Positions 19,543-28,063 are shown, numbered from the stretch's first letter. The stretch is DNA of 64,000 nt from an uncultured Bacteroidota bacterium (GCA_902512755.1 CABXKB010000003.1:2324-66323); one strand, 5' to 3'. Notes: generated from the letters alone by a model not told the origin. Made by a program: numbers and translations.

Positions 19543-21723
19543 TTAACGAATAAACAATAACTCTCTATATTTTGCTAGTGGCCAAATCGAATCGTCAACT
19601 GTGAGCTCTAATTTATCACAGTGATAGCGTATTTCGCTTAAATAAGGAACCACAGTTTTAGAGTAAGCCAAAGCTTTTTTATTAACGTCCTCAATACTAT
19701 TAGAGTTTTTACGCGCTAATACCATTTCCTCAACACCCTTGATAATTTCTTTAATATGTTCTGATATTTTTTCTAAAATTATCAGTTGATCATTTGCTTG
19801 AGATTCAAATTTTGTTCCAAAAATTTCTTTAATCCCTTGAACATTTTCAATTAGAATATTTTGATACTTAATTGCTGTAGGAATAATATGATTTAAAGAC
19901 ATGTCCCCTAATGTTCTTGATTCTATCTGAATTTCAGAAATATATGACTGCATATCTACTTGACATCTTGCATGTAATTCGACCGAACTAAATACTTCTA
20001 GATTTTCAAAAAGATCAACAGCAGGCTTGTCTAAATATGCTGTAAGGGCTTCGGGTGTTGATTTTACATCTCCTTTTTTGGTGTTTTTTGAGATATCGGT
20101 CTTTCGTTCACCTTCATAGACTTCTAATAAAAAATCCTTTATCTCTATTATAGTTTCTCTTAAAATATTGAAAATAGCATCATCTTTTTTCATGTTTTTA
20201 GAATCCACTAAATTATCAACTCCCTTCTTAAAATAAATAAGCTGCTCTGTTACAATTGCATTTAGAACGGTGGTTGCTTTGGCAGTATTTGACTTGGAAC
20301 CTACTGACCTATATTCAAATTTATTACCTGTAAAAGCAAATGGAGATGTTCGATCACTATCTGTATTGTCCAATAAAATTTCTGGAATTTTACCAATAAC
20401 ATTCAATTTTAAATCGGTTTTTTCCTTTGGTGATAACTTTCCCTTGGAGACATTTTCCAAATCTTCTAGCACCTGAGTAAGGTGTTTTCCAATAAAAATT
20501 GATAAGATTGCCGTTGGAGCATCGTTTTGACCCAATCGTAAATCATTGCTGGCTGAAACCGATGAAGCTCTTAATAAGGCTTGATGTTTTAGAACAGCTG
20601 CAATAGAATTGACAAAAAAAGATAAAAATTGTAAATTACCCATAGGAGTCTTGCTTGGACTCAAAAGATTAATGCCAGTGTTAGTGTTTAAAGACCAGTT
20701 AGTGTGTTTTCCAGAACCATTAATATGATGAAATGGTTTTTCATGTAAAAGAACTACAAAATTATGCTTGTAAGCAACTTTACCCATTATATCCATCAAT
20801 AAAGCATTATGATCAACCGCTATATTTGCTGCTTCAAAAACTGAAGCAATCTCGTATTGACTTGGAGCTACCTCATTATGTTTTGTTTTAACTGGTATTC
20901 CTAAAAGATTACATTCGTATTCCAACTCATTAAGATAAACACTTACTCTAGAGGGTATTGAACCAAAATAATGATCACTAAATTGTTGTCCTTTAGAGGG
21001 CATGTGACCAATAAGAGTTCGACCTGTCAACATTAGGTCTGGTCTTGTTTGAACTAAGGATCGGTCAACAAGAAAAAATTCTTGTTCCCAGCCTAAAGTG
21101 GCAGTTACTTTGCTGATGTTTTTATCAAAAAAATAACAAACTTCTGTAGCTGCTTCATTCAACTTTTCAAGTGACTTTAAAAGTGGGCTTTTATAGTCCA
21201 AAGCAACTCCAGTGTATGAAACAAAAGTTGTTGGAATACATAGGGTTGTTTCATATAAAAAAGCAGGTGAAGATGGATCCCATGCAGAATATCCCCTTGC
21301 TTCAAAAGTATTTCTAACTCCGCTATTTGAAAGATTAGGGAATTCTGGAATTTGCTGAACTAGCTGTTCCCCTTCAAATTTTTCCAGCTGATTTCCAGAA
21401 CTATCTATATCAAAAAAAGAATCATGTTTTTCTGCAATTGCACCTGTTAATGGCTGAAACCAATGAGCATAATGTGAAGCACCGTTTGCAATTGCCCAAG
21501 CTTTCATTGATGAAGCAATTTGGTCAGCAATAACTGAATTTATAGGTGTTTGTTTTTCAATGCACTGTTGCATTTGAAAAAAAGTTTTTTCACTTAAAAA
21601 TTTTTGCAGCTTAGATCGATCAAATACATGTTTGGCATAATCATGCGGATCAATTTTTATTTTAGTGGGAAGAATAGGTTCTGAGGAAAGTTTGCTAAGT
21701 ATGTTTTTTCGGAGCATTTGCAT
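19543..21723 (-). CDS. Glutamine synthetase type III
   Basis: 726 aa, the length and architecture of GSIII. Catalytic-domain motifs NEVAPSQYE and NGSGKHTNWS. Confidence 0.9.
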   Translation of the reverse strand: MQMLRKNILSKLSSEPILPTKIKIDPHDYAKHVFDRSKLQKFLSEKTFFQMQQCIEKQTPINSVIADQIASSMKAWAIANGASHYAHWFQPLTGAIAEKHDSFFDIDSSGNQLEKFEGEQLVQQIPEFPNLSNSGVRNTFEARGYSAWDPSSPAFLYETTLCIPTTFVSYTGVALDYKSPLLKSLEKLNEAATEVCYFFDKNISKVTATLGWEQEFFLVDRSLVQTRPDLMLTGRTLIGHMPSKGQQFSDHYFGSIPSRVSVYLNELEYECNLLGIPVKTKHNEVAPSQYEIASVFEAANIAVDHNALLMDIMGKVAYKHNFVVLLHEKPFHHINGSGKHTNWSLNTNTGINLLSPSKTPMGNLQFLSFFVNSIAAVLKHQALLRASSVSASNDLRLGQNDAPTAILSIFIGKHLTQVLEDLENVSKGKLSPKEKTDLKLNVIGKIPEILLDNTDSDRTSPFAFTGNKFEYRSVGSKSNTAKATTVLNAIVTEQLIYFKKGVDNLVDSKNMKKDDAIFNILRETIIEIKDFLLEVYEGERKTDISKNTKKGDVKSTPEALTAYLDKPAVDLFENLEVFSSVELHARCQVDMQSYISEIQIESRTLGDMSLNHIIPTAIKYQNILIENVQGIKEIFGTKFESQANDQLIILEKISEHIKEIIKGVEEMVLARKNSNSIEDVNKKALAYSKTVVPYLSEIRYHCDKLELTVDDSIWPLAKYRELLFIR

Positions 21724-21812
21724 TAAAAATATGAATATAATTATACTTTCAAAGATAATAGTTTTGAATATTTGTTTATGATTTTTAAAAATATTGAAGA
21801 AAATTAAATTTT

Positions 21813-21835
21813 TACCCTAAAAAAATAGGGGGTTA
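21813..21835. promoter_or_regulatory. GC-cored palindrome TACCCTAAAAAAATAGGGGGTTA, site 3
   Basis: Same half-sites as 9166-9187. Located in the divergent GSIII/GSII intergenic region. A G6 half-site follows at 21877-21895. Confidence 0.45.
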
Positions 21836-21924
21836 ATAAAAATTAATTATTGTTAATTTCTTTATTGCATAACATTAAAGGGGGGTCGTTATAATCTATT
21901 ATTTTAGTCTAAAATATTTTAATC

Positions 21925-22932
21925 ATGACTAAAGCAAAACTTGAATACATATGGTTAGATGGTTATCAACCTACAGCTAACCTCCGGAGTAAAACCAAAA
22001 TCGTAACTGATTTTAAAGGAACTTTAAAAGACTGCCCAATGTGGTCATTTGATGGGTCTTCAACTCTTCAAGCAGAAGGAAATTCTTCCGACTGTTTATT
22101 GAAGCCCGTTGCCTTGTATCAAGATCCTGACAGAAAAAATGGCTGGTTAGTAATGACCGAGGTTTTAAATGCAGATGGAACACCACACGTTTCAAATGGC
22201 AGAGCAACAATTGATGATGATGATGATGACTTCTGGTTTGGTTTTGAGCAAGAATATTTCTTGTGGGATCCAGATACTAACCTTCCGCTTGGTTTCCCAA
22301 GAGATCAAACACCCCAAGGTCAATTTTACTGCTCAGTAGGAGCTAAAAATGCTTTTGGTCGTGAAATGATTGAAGAACATTTAGACCAATGCCTTGAAGC
22401 TGGAATAAATGTAGAAGGAATTAATGCTGAGGTCGCATCTGGACAGTGGGAATATCAATGTTTCGGACAAGGCGCTAAACTTGCTGGTGATGAGATGTGG
22501 ATTTCTCGCTATCTTTTAGAACGTTTAGGGGAAAAGTATGGGTTAGCTATTGACTGGCACCCAAAACCACTCGGTGATACAGATTGGAATGGCTCTGGTA
22601 TGCATGCTAACTTCTCTAATGAAGTTCTTAGAACATGTGGTTCTCAAGAAACTTATGAAAAAATTTGTGAAGCATTCCGACCTGTTGTTAAAGAACACAT
22701 AGAAGTTTACGGTGCATATAATGATCAGCGATTAACAGGAAAACACGAAACTCAATCAATCGATGAATTTAGTTTTGGAATATCCGACCGTGGTGCCTCT
22801 ATACGAATTCCAATTTTGACTTTAGAGAAAGGATGGAAAGGATGGTTAGAAGACAGAAGACCTGCTTCTAATGGAGACCCATATAAAATTGCCTCTCGAA
22901 TAATTAAAACGGTTAAATCCGCTAAGATTTAA
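21925..22932 (+). CDS. Glutamine synthetase type II
   Basis: 335 aa eukaryote-like GSII (EYIWLDG, GFEQEYFL, NGSGMHANFS, DRGASIRIP). Confidence 0.9.
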   Translation: MTKAKLEYIWLDGYQPTANLRSKTKIVTDFKGTLKDCPMWSFDGSSTLQAEGNSSDCLLKPVALYQDPDRKNGWLVMTEVLNADGTPHVSNGRATIDDDDDDFWFGFEQEYFLWDPDTNLPLGFPRDQTPQGQFYCSVGAKNAFGREMIEEHLDQCLEAGINVEGINAEVASGQWEYQCFGQGAKLAGDEMWISRYLLERLGEKYGLAIDWHPKPLGDTDWNGSGMHANFSNEVLRTCGSQETYEKICEAFRPVVKEHIEVYGAYNDQRLTGKHETQSIDEFSFGISDRGASIRIPILTLEKGWKGWLEDRRPASNGDPYKIASRIIKTVKSAKI

Positions 22933-22954
22933 ACTATTCTCGAAATTTAATTTT

Positions 22955-22989
22955 TAAAAACCCCATGATTTTTATTTTGGGGTTTTTTT
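22955..22989. terminator. Bidirectional rho-independent terminator between GSII and the antiporter gene
   Basis: AAAACCCCA-N13-TGGGGTTTT with A-run and T-run flanks. The two genes are convergent. Confidence 0.7.
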
Positions 22990-23944
22990 ATATCAATTTG
23001 TTTATAAAAAGAATATAGAATAGCAATAATATAACACCTTCGGCTCTACCAAACTTCATTTTATTGGGGAAGAACACCAGAGGCAGTATCAGGAATGCTA
23101 AGGAAATCATCCAAATTAAATCATTATCTATAAGACCTATATCTGAAATAACTATAGGTGAAAGTATTCCTGTTATTCCTATAACCCCTAACATATCAAA
23201 AATATTAGATCCTATAAGATTTCCTAAAGAGATGTTTTGTTCTTTATTAATAATTGCAACTATTGAAGTTGATAATTCTGGGATGCTTGTTCCAAAGGCA
23301 ATAATTGTTACACCAATAATTCTCTCACTAATTCCTAGTTTTGAAGCTAAGCTTACTGCTCCCTTAATTAATACTTCTGATCCTAGCCATAAAAAAAAAC
23401 TGCCAAAAATTAACAAAGAAAATATTTTTAAAAATTTCATGCTTTTATCTACATTAATCTCTTGTTCATTAACTCTATTCTTTTGAAAGAAAATTAGAGA
23501 TATTAGATAAGCTACTAAAACAATTATAAATAAAACCGATTCGAAAAGAGTTAATGCATAGTCGCTTTTTAATAAAAAATAAAACAAAAGAGTGACAAAA
23601 ATCATTGCAGGCCAATCATATTTGTAAAAAACTTTTTCAATCTTAATCGGCGTAATGAAAACAACGATTCCTAAAACTAGAGCAAGGTTAGCAATATTTG
23701 AACCGACGACATTTCCAACAGCTAAGTCAGGGTAACCATTTAGAGCAGCATTAATACTTACAATAAGTTCTGGAGCCGATGTAGCGAAAGAAACTACGGT
23801 CATACCTACTACTATTTTTGGAATATTAAGACGTAAAGAAAATAAAATAGCTGAGTCCAAAACCCAATCCCCTCCCTTTATCAATAATATAAGTCCTAAT
23901 ACGATTGCTAAATATTCCATAATTAAAATTATTACAATATACAC
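22988..23944 (-). CDS. Calcium/sodium antiporter (CaCA family, YrbG-like)
   Basis: 318 aa, about 10 TM helices, two alpha-repeats (SFATSAPELIVS and AFGTSIPELSTS). Confidence 0.85.
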   Translation of the reverse strand: MYIVIILIMEYLAIVLGLILLIKGGDWVLDSAILFSLRLNIPKIVVGMTVVSFATSAPELIVSINAALNGYPDLAVGNVVGSNIANLALVLGIVVFITPIKIEKVFYKYDWPAMIFVTLLFYFLLKSDYALTLFESVLFIIVLVAYLISLIFFQKNRVNEQEINVDKSMKFLKIFSLLIFGSFFLWLGSEVLIKGAVSLASKLGISERIIGVTIIAFGTSIPELSTSIVAIINKEQNISLGNLIGSNIFDMLGVIGITGILSPIVISDIGLIDNDLIWMISLAFLILPLVFFPNKMKFGRAEGVILLLFYILFINKLI

Positions 23945-24452
23945 TGAAGTTTATGAATCTTAAAGTATTAAAATGAAAATGAAGAAATCGAGTATTTAAA
24001 AAATTACCCGAATAAAAAAATGATGCAGTATTAAAGATTTATCCTGAACAAATAATAAAAGCTAAAGTGAACTTTTTTAAGTAAGATTTAGTTACGAAGA
24101 GGAAATTTTAAAAACTGAATTAATTTTTAATTAAAACTTATTGTTTTAATTGATAAGCATTTGGAGGATATAGCCATGAATCAAACTACACCTCCAATTG
24201 CTCTATCAAAATTAGAAACCATAAACCAAATGTGTTTTGCTTATTAATGTAAAGCAGAAAGGCCATACCAAACTATAGCTAACCCCCCTAACATCATTAA
24301 AAATGCAAACGATTTTAAAACTAATTGTATTCTCATATAGCAAAAATATAATTGTAAATGAATAAGAAAAACTAAACAATTACTGCAATAATACTGCATC
24401 AAAAAAAATAGTAAAAATTTTTAGTATATTACTATCTTTAAAATTTATTTAA

Positions 24453-24944
24453 ATGAACCTTTATCGATTATTTACAAGATTAACATTCTCTGTTATAGTT
24501 TTATTTTTTTATGGGTGTTCTAAAGAATCTGAAGATCCTATTGATGATATACAATATGAATGTTCAGTTGATACAATTTCTTTTATATCAAATTCAACAG
24601 AAAGCAAGTCAGATAAAGTCGAAGTTGTTTTTTCTGTTTCACTTAAAGGAGAAACAAAATATTTCACTGTGATTGAAAAATACAACACTATTAATAGCCT
24701 TATTACTATTGGTGATAAGCTTGTACATATAAATGATTTTTCATCTAAAGAAGACAAGGCCACGTTTGATTTTTATTATGGAGAAAATTTAGGTCCTTTT
24801 TGTATGGAATTATTTTCTGCTATACCAATGCACCCACATGATGCATTTAATGCAGAGGCTGACAGAGTTGATTCAGATAAAAATGCAGGAAAATGGAAAG
24901 TTAGAAAAAAGAGGACTTTAAGCTCTAATAATTTGCCCAATTAA
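24453..24944 (+). CDS. Hypothetical lipoprotein
   Basis: 163 aa with a signal peptide ending in a lipobox-like FFYGC. No recognisable domain. Confidence 0.45.
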   Translation: MNLYRLFTRLTFSVIVLFFYGCSKESEDPIDDIQYECSVDTISFISNSTESKSDKVEVVFSVSLKGETKYFTVIEKYNTINSLITIGDKLVHINDFSSKEDKATFDFYYGENLGPFCMELFSAIPMHPHDAFNAEADRVDSDKNAGKWKVRKKRTLSSNNLPN

Positions 24945-25045
24945 TATATTTTAAATTTTATAGAAAAGGTTCAGACTTTCAAAGAAAAAAGGTGTTTAAG
25001 TTATTATAGATTTTAGATGTATTGATTTATATAAGAATAAACACA

Positions 25046-25252
25046 ATGAAAAAATACATTGATAGAACATCTATTTTAATTTATATAAATCTTTTAATTG
25101 GAGTTTTATATGCAATAGAAGAATTTGAGTTTACAAATTTTGTTGATGATTCAAATACTTATATTATTCCTACAGCTTTCTTTTTAAGTTTAGCAATATG
25201 GAATTTTTCATTAATACTTGATAAAAGAAAGGAAAAGAAAAAAACAAGGTAA
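25046..25252 (+). CDS. Hypothetical small two-TM membrane protein
   Basis: 68 aa from the ATG at 25046 (the track uses a TTG at 25022). Two hydrophobic helices and a basic tail KRKEKKKTR. Confidence 0.35.
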   Translation: MKKYIDRTSILIYINLLIGVLYAIEEFEFTNFVDDSNTYIIPTAFFLSLAIWNFSLILDKRKEKKKTR

Positions 25253-25341
25253 ATAAGGTTCATGCTTCCGAATTTGTAATATTATTAAGATGTTTTAGAA
25301 TTTATTTATATTTTAGTATTATTAATCATAAATCAATTAAA

Positions 25342-25983
25342 ATCAAGAAACTTGTATTTATTTTTCTTTCATTAATTATTATTAGCCTAAACTTTATACA
25401 GGCTCAAAAATCAAAGTTTAATTCTGGAATTGATTTATATGATTCAAGTGAAGAATTAGTTCCTTTGAGGAAAATGTCTCAAACAATTGGTAAGTGTTGC
25501 CAATTGGGAAAAGCTATGTCAAAATTTACAGGTGGTTTGAGTGATGTGTATTTGACGCAAAGTGAATTAAATGAAGATGGTTCTTATACAATTTTTTTTG
25601 TGAGCATTTTTACAGTTGGATTCGATACTGAATTGACGCAATTTGGATTAGAAAACCCGACTTCAAAAATATCTAGCTTTCATTTAAAGGACGAGGAAAT
25701 GTTTAATCGTCTACAAGAACTTATGATTTATGGATACAAAGAGTTTAAAGCTCACCCCGTGCTGCAAAAAAGAAAGTACGCTGATATTTCAGAAGTCCTA
25801 ACTGGAGGGGATAATGACGGTGATAAATTACTTTTGAGATTTCACAATAAAAAAATTATAAAATATGTGTCATTTCAATTGTTTAATAAAGAGACTGGCT
25901 TCAAAACATCAGGGATGCCAATTTTCTCAAAATTTATTGGACAACTCTTCGGTTCAGATGAGATTATAGATACGACTCACTAA
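25342..25983 (+). CDS. Hypothetical exported protein; the signal peptide is encoded upstream of the first ATG, with ATC at the expected start
   Basis: The frame is open from 25318. Codons 25342-25410 read IKKLVFIFLSLIIISLNFIQAQK, a typical signal peptide. The first ATG is at 25465 (the 172-aa track ORF). The leader matches that of the next gene, with ATC in place of its ATG. Confidence 0.4.
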   Translation: MKKLVFIFLSLIIISLNFIQAQKSKFNSGIDLYDSSEELVPLRKMSQTIGKCCQLGKAMSKFTGGLSDVYLTQSELNEDGSYTIFFVSIFTVGFDTELTQFGLENPTSKISSFHLKDEEMFNRLQELMIYGYKEFKAHPVLQKRKYADISEVLTGGDNDGDKLLLRFHNKKIIKYVSFQLFNKETGFKTSGMPIFSKFIGQLFGSDEIIDTTH

Positions 25984-26057
25984 TCCATCAAGACATCCTT
26001 TTATTTATTTTTTGACTTATTTGTATATTAGATATTATTAACCATAAATCAATTAAA

Positions 26058-26492
26058 ATGAAAACAAATATTCTAAGTTTACTAATTACAATACTATTTT
26101 GTGGATACGCTTTCAGTCAAGATTTAACTAATCCCAAAGGTGGAGGTGTTTTAGATATAATTACCATAATCCCATCAGATGGATATTCTGATATGGTATT
26201 TGAAGGTCAGATAAGCGGATATGGTACTGTATATGTGGCTTTTAAAGTAGCTTCAATTAATTCATCAAAAAATAGCGGTACTCTTGATGGCCAGGGAAGA
26301 ACAATATTAGAGAACGGAACACTTATATCTACTCCCTTGAAAGGAACTTGGAAAAGAATAGGCGCAAATGTTAAATTCTATTTTACAGATGCAATAAATA
26401 ATGGCGCAATGAATTTTGTGATGTGGGATGTTAATCTTTTAAAGAAAAATGCGAATGTTAAATATTTTGAATTGCACGAGGCAGAAAATTAA
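26058..26492 (+). CDS. Hypothetical secreted protein
   Basis: 144 aa with a signal peptide (LFCGYAFSQD) and beta-rich composition. No recognised domain. Confidence 0.45.
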   Translation: MKTNILSLLITILFCGYAFSQDLTNPKGGGVLDIITIIPSDGYSDMVFEGQISGYGTVYVAFKVASINSSKNSGTLDGQGRTILENGTLISTPLKGTWKRIGANVKFYFTDAINNGAMNFVMWDVNLLKKNANVKYFELHEAEN

Positions 26493-26590
26493 ATCATCAT
26501 CATATCCTCTTCATTAAATACAGGAAGAAAAAACGTAATTGAGATATTTTAGAGTTTATTACATTTTAGTAGCCTGTTAATCATAAAACA

Positions 26591-27277
26591 ATGAAAAAGT
26601 CAATATTTACTAGCCCTGTCTTTAGATATGTTTTTGAGATAATAGTTATTGTATTTTCGGTAACACTATCTTTTTATATACAAGATGTTTTAAATAAAAG
26701 AGAAAAAATAGAAGAAAAAAATAGGGGTTTGCAGGGAGTTTTAATTGAATTAGAAAAAGACAGAAAAGGATTTGAATACGCTGATTCTTATAACAAACAA
26801 AGGCTCAGTTACATTGATTCATTATTTGATTTATCATATTCGTTTAAATCATTATATATTTCAGGTATGTGGTCAAATTTTGAAATGTTGCAAAACAAAA
26901 GATACTTTGATGGTCTTGTATCTACAGGGGCTTTGGAATTTATAGAAAGTAAACAATTGCAAAGTGAGTTAAGTGATTACTATAATTTTCATTATACCCA
27001 AATTAAAACTGCTGTTTTTACCGATAATCTTTCTTTTAATAGGTTTAGTGATAGATTAACGAATTACAAAATTGATTCAGTTGCTTACAATAAGGGTTCA
27101 TTATCTGAGCATCATTTTAATCCAATTGACGTTAAACTAATTAGAAATGATGCAAAACTTAAATCATCAGCTTTGGACTGGTCATTATATATAAATATGG
27201 AAATTGATCATATTAATTCTGCTAAAAAAAAGATTCTTTTGCTCAAAGAGTTAATTAATCAAGAGATAAAAAAATGA
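26591..27277 (+). CDS. Hypothetical N-terminally membrane-anchored protein (possibly DUF6090-like)
   Basis: 228 aa with a single N-terminal TM helix (FEIIVIVFSVTLSFYIQ) followed by a helical domain. The layout resembles a Flavobacteriia-restricted family; this is recalled from memory and not verified. Confidence 0.4.
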   Translation: MKKSIFTSPVFRYVFEIIVIVFSVTLSFYIQDVLNKREKIEEKNRGLQGVLIELEKDRKGFEYADSYNKQRLSYIDSLFDLSYSFKSLYISGMWSNFEMLQNKRYFDGLVSTGALEFIESKQLQSELSDYYNFHYTQIKTAVFTDNLSFNRFSDRLTNYKIDSVAYNKGSLSEHHFNPIDVKLIRNDAKLKSSALDWSLYINMEIDHINSAKKKILLLKELINQEIKK

Positions 27278-27287
27278 GTAAAAAATT

Positions 27288-27319
27288 ATTGAGATTGATA
27301 GACGAAAAGTCTATATTTG
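27288..27319 (+). promoter_or_regulatory. Bacteroidota-type promoter for tRNA-Arg
   Basis: Exact -7 box TATATTTG (TAnnTTTG) at 27312-27319, 14 nt upstream of the tRNA. TTG at 27289-27291 gives a spacer of about 20 nt. Confidence 0.45.
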
Positions 27320-27332
27320 ACGTCTTAAAAAT

Positions 27333-27406
27333 GGGGATGTAGCTTAGCTGAATAGAGCACGACATTACGGCTGTCGAGGTCGGGGGTTTGAATCCCTCCA
27401 TCCTCA
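27333..27406 (+). tRNA. tRNA-Arg (anticodon ACG)
   Basis: 74-nt cloverleaf folded by hand. Acceptor GGGGATG/CATCCTC, D-stem GCTT/GAGC, anticodon stem CGACA/TGTCG with loop TTACGGC, T-arm GGGGG-TTTGAAT-CCCTC. Confidence 0.93.
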
Positions 27407-27408
27407 CT

Positions 27409-27439
27409 AAAAAGGCTCTCAGAAATGAGAGCTTTTTTT
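27409..27439 (+). terminator. Rho-independent terminator after tRNA-Arg
   Basis: GCTCTC-agaaat-GAGAGC followed by T7. Confidence 0.8.
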
Positions 27440-27680
27440 ATAATGAATAGCCCCCCGTCAAGAACTTAGGATAGCCTTCAGAGTCTTTTAAAGTGACGGT
27501 TTAGTTGTTCAATATATAACCTAAAAAGGTAATGTTTAAATGTATAATAGCAAAGGGCAAAAAACTTCACATAGTTTTATATTTTTACTGTATGAAAAAC
27601 ACTAATTTCATTTATCCCATCCCTTTTCATATATATGATATGGTTAATGAAGTGGTTACTAAATCCATAGTTTAATTTTT

Positions 27681-27815
27681 ATGAAAAGGTTCAATCTTTT
27701 GGCATTGATTTTTGCTTTTGCTTTAGGTGTATTTCTTTACGTATATTTTGGTATAATATTTATTGTTTTTCTTCCACCATTATTTATATATATTTTTAAC
27801 AAATACAATAAATAA
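27681..27815 (+). CDS. Possible 44-aa hydrophobic mini-protein
   Basis: Translates to MKRFNLLALIFAFALGVFLYVYFGIIFIVFLPPLFIYIFNKYNK, which gives two TM-like segments. Below the ORF-track size cutoff. Confidence 0.3.
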   Translation: MKRFNLLALIFAFALGVFLYVYFGIIFIVFLPPLFIYIFNKYNK

Positions 27816-27818
27816 ATT

Positions 27819-27968
27819 ATGAATAAAGGTTTAATTAGATTAATTGGAATTCAAATAGTTGTTATAGGGATTGTTTTATCTGTTTTTGAGTTTTTAATTG
27901 AAAACAGTGAAGTTGTTTTAGGAATAGGTACTATTATGCTTATAATTTCTTTATTTCTTAAAAAATAG
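27819..27968 (+). CDS. Possible 49-aa hydrophobic mini-protein
   Basis: Translates to MNKGLIRLIGIQIVVIGIVLSVFEFLIENSEVVLGIGTIMLIISLFLKK. Starts 3 nt after the preceding mini-ORF stop. Confidence 0.3.
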   Translation: MNKGLIRLIGIQIVVIGIVLSVFEFLIENSEVVLGIGTIMLIISLFLKK

Positions 27969-28063
27969 ATTGCTCTGATTAATTTAAAAAATCACCCTCG
28001 ATTAAAAGTTGGCGTCTAGATAGTCTAATTATAAAGATTTGAAATAAATGAAAGTCCTTTCAG

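Noticed and set aside
22210-22230. GAT repeat encoding DDDDDD in the GSII gene.
   Set aside because: Short in-frame acidic run within a well-conserved enzyme. No sign of slippage or a frameshift.
23064-23486. 140-aa plus-strand ORF inside the antiporter gene. Similar internal antisense ORFs occur at 1528-2628, 3939-4205, 7214-7402, 11202-11537, 16246-16662, 18821-19006, 20270-20476, 29551-29817, 35795-36016, 39327-40340, 41948-42235, 48953-49150, 52067-52249, 53496-53717, 54378-54569, 58811-59065 and 60482-60793.
   Set aside because: Each lies wholly within a longer ORF on the opposite strand that has clear family motifs. They are shadow ORFs.
24957-24980. Similarity between TTTTATAGAAAAGGTTCAGACTTTC (24957), AAATAAGGTTCATGCTTCC (25251) and the start of the mini-ORF TTTTATGAAAAGGTTCAATCTTTT (27677).
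   Set aside because: The exact shared core is only 8-10 nt. Repeats of that length are expected many times by chance in 64 kb of A/T-rich DNA.
27407-28063. Looked for a direct repeat of the tRNA-Arg 3' end (att-like site) downstream or upstream that would delimit an integrated element.
   Set aside because: Only a weak resemblance was found (ATCCCATCCC at about 27615 versus ATCCCTCCATCC). No convincing duplicate and no integrase gene.
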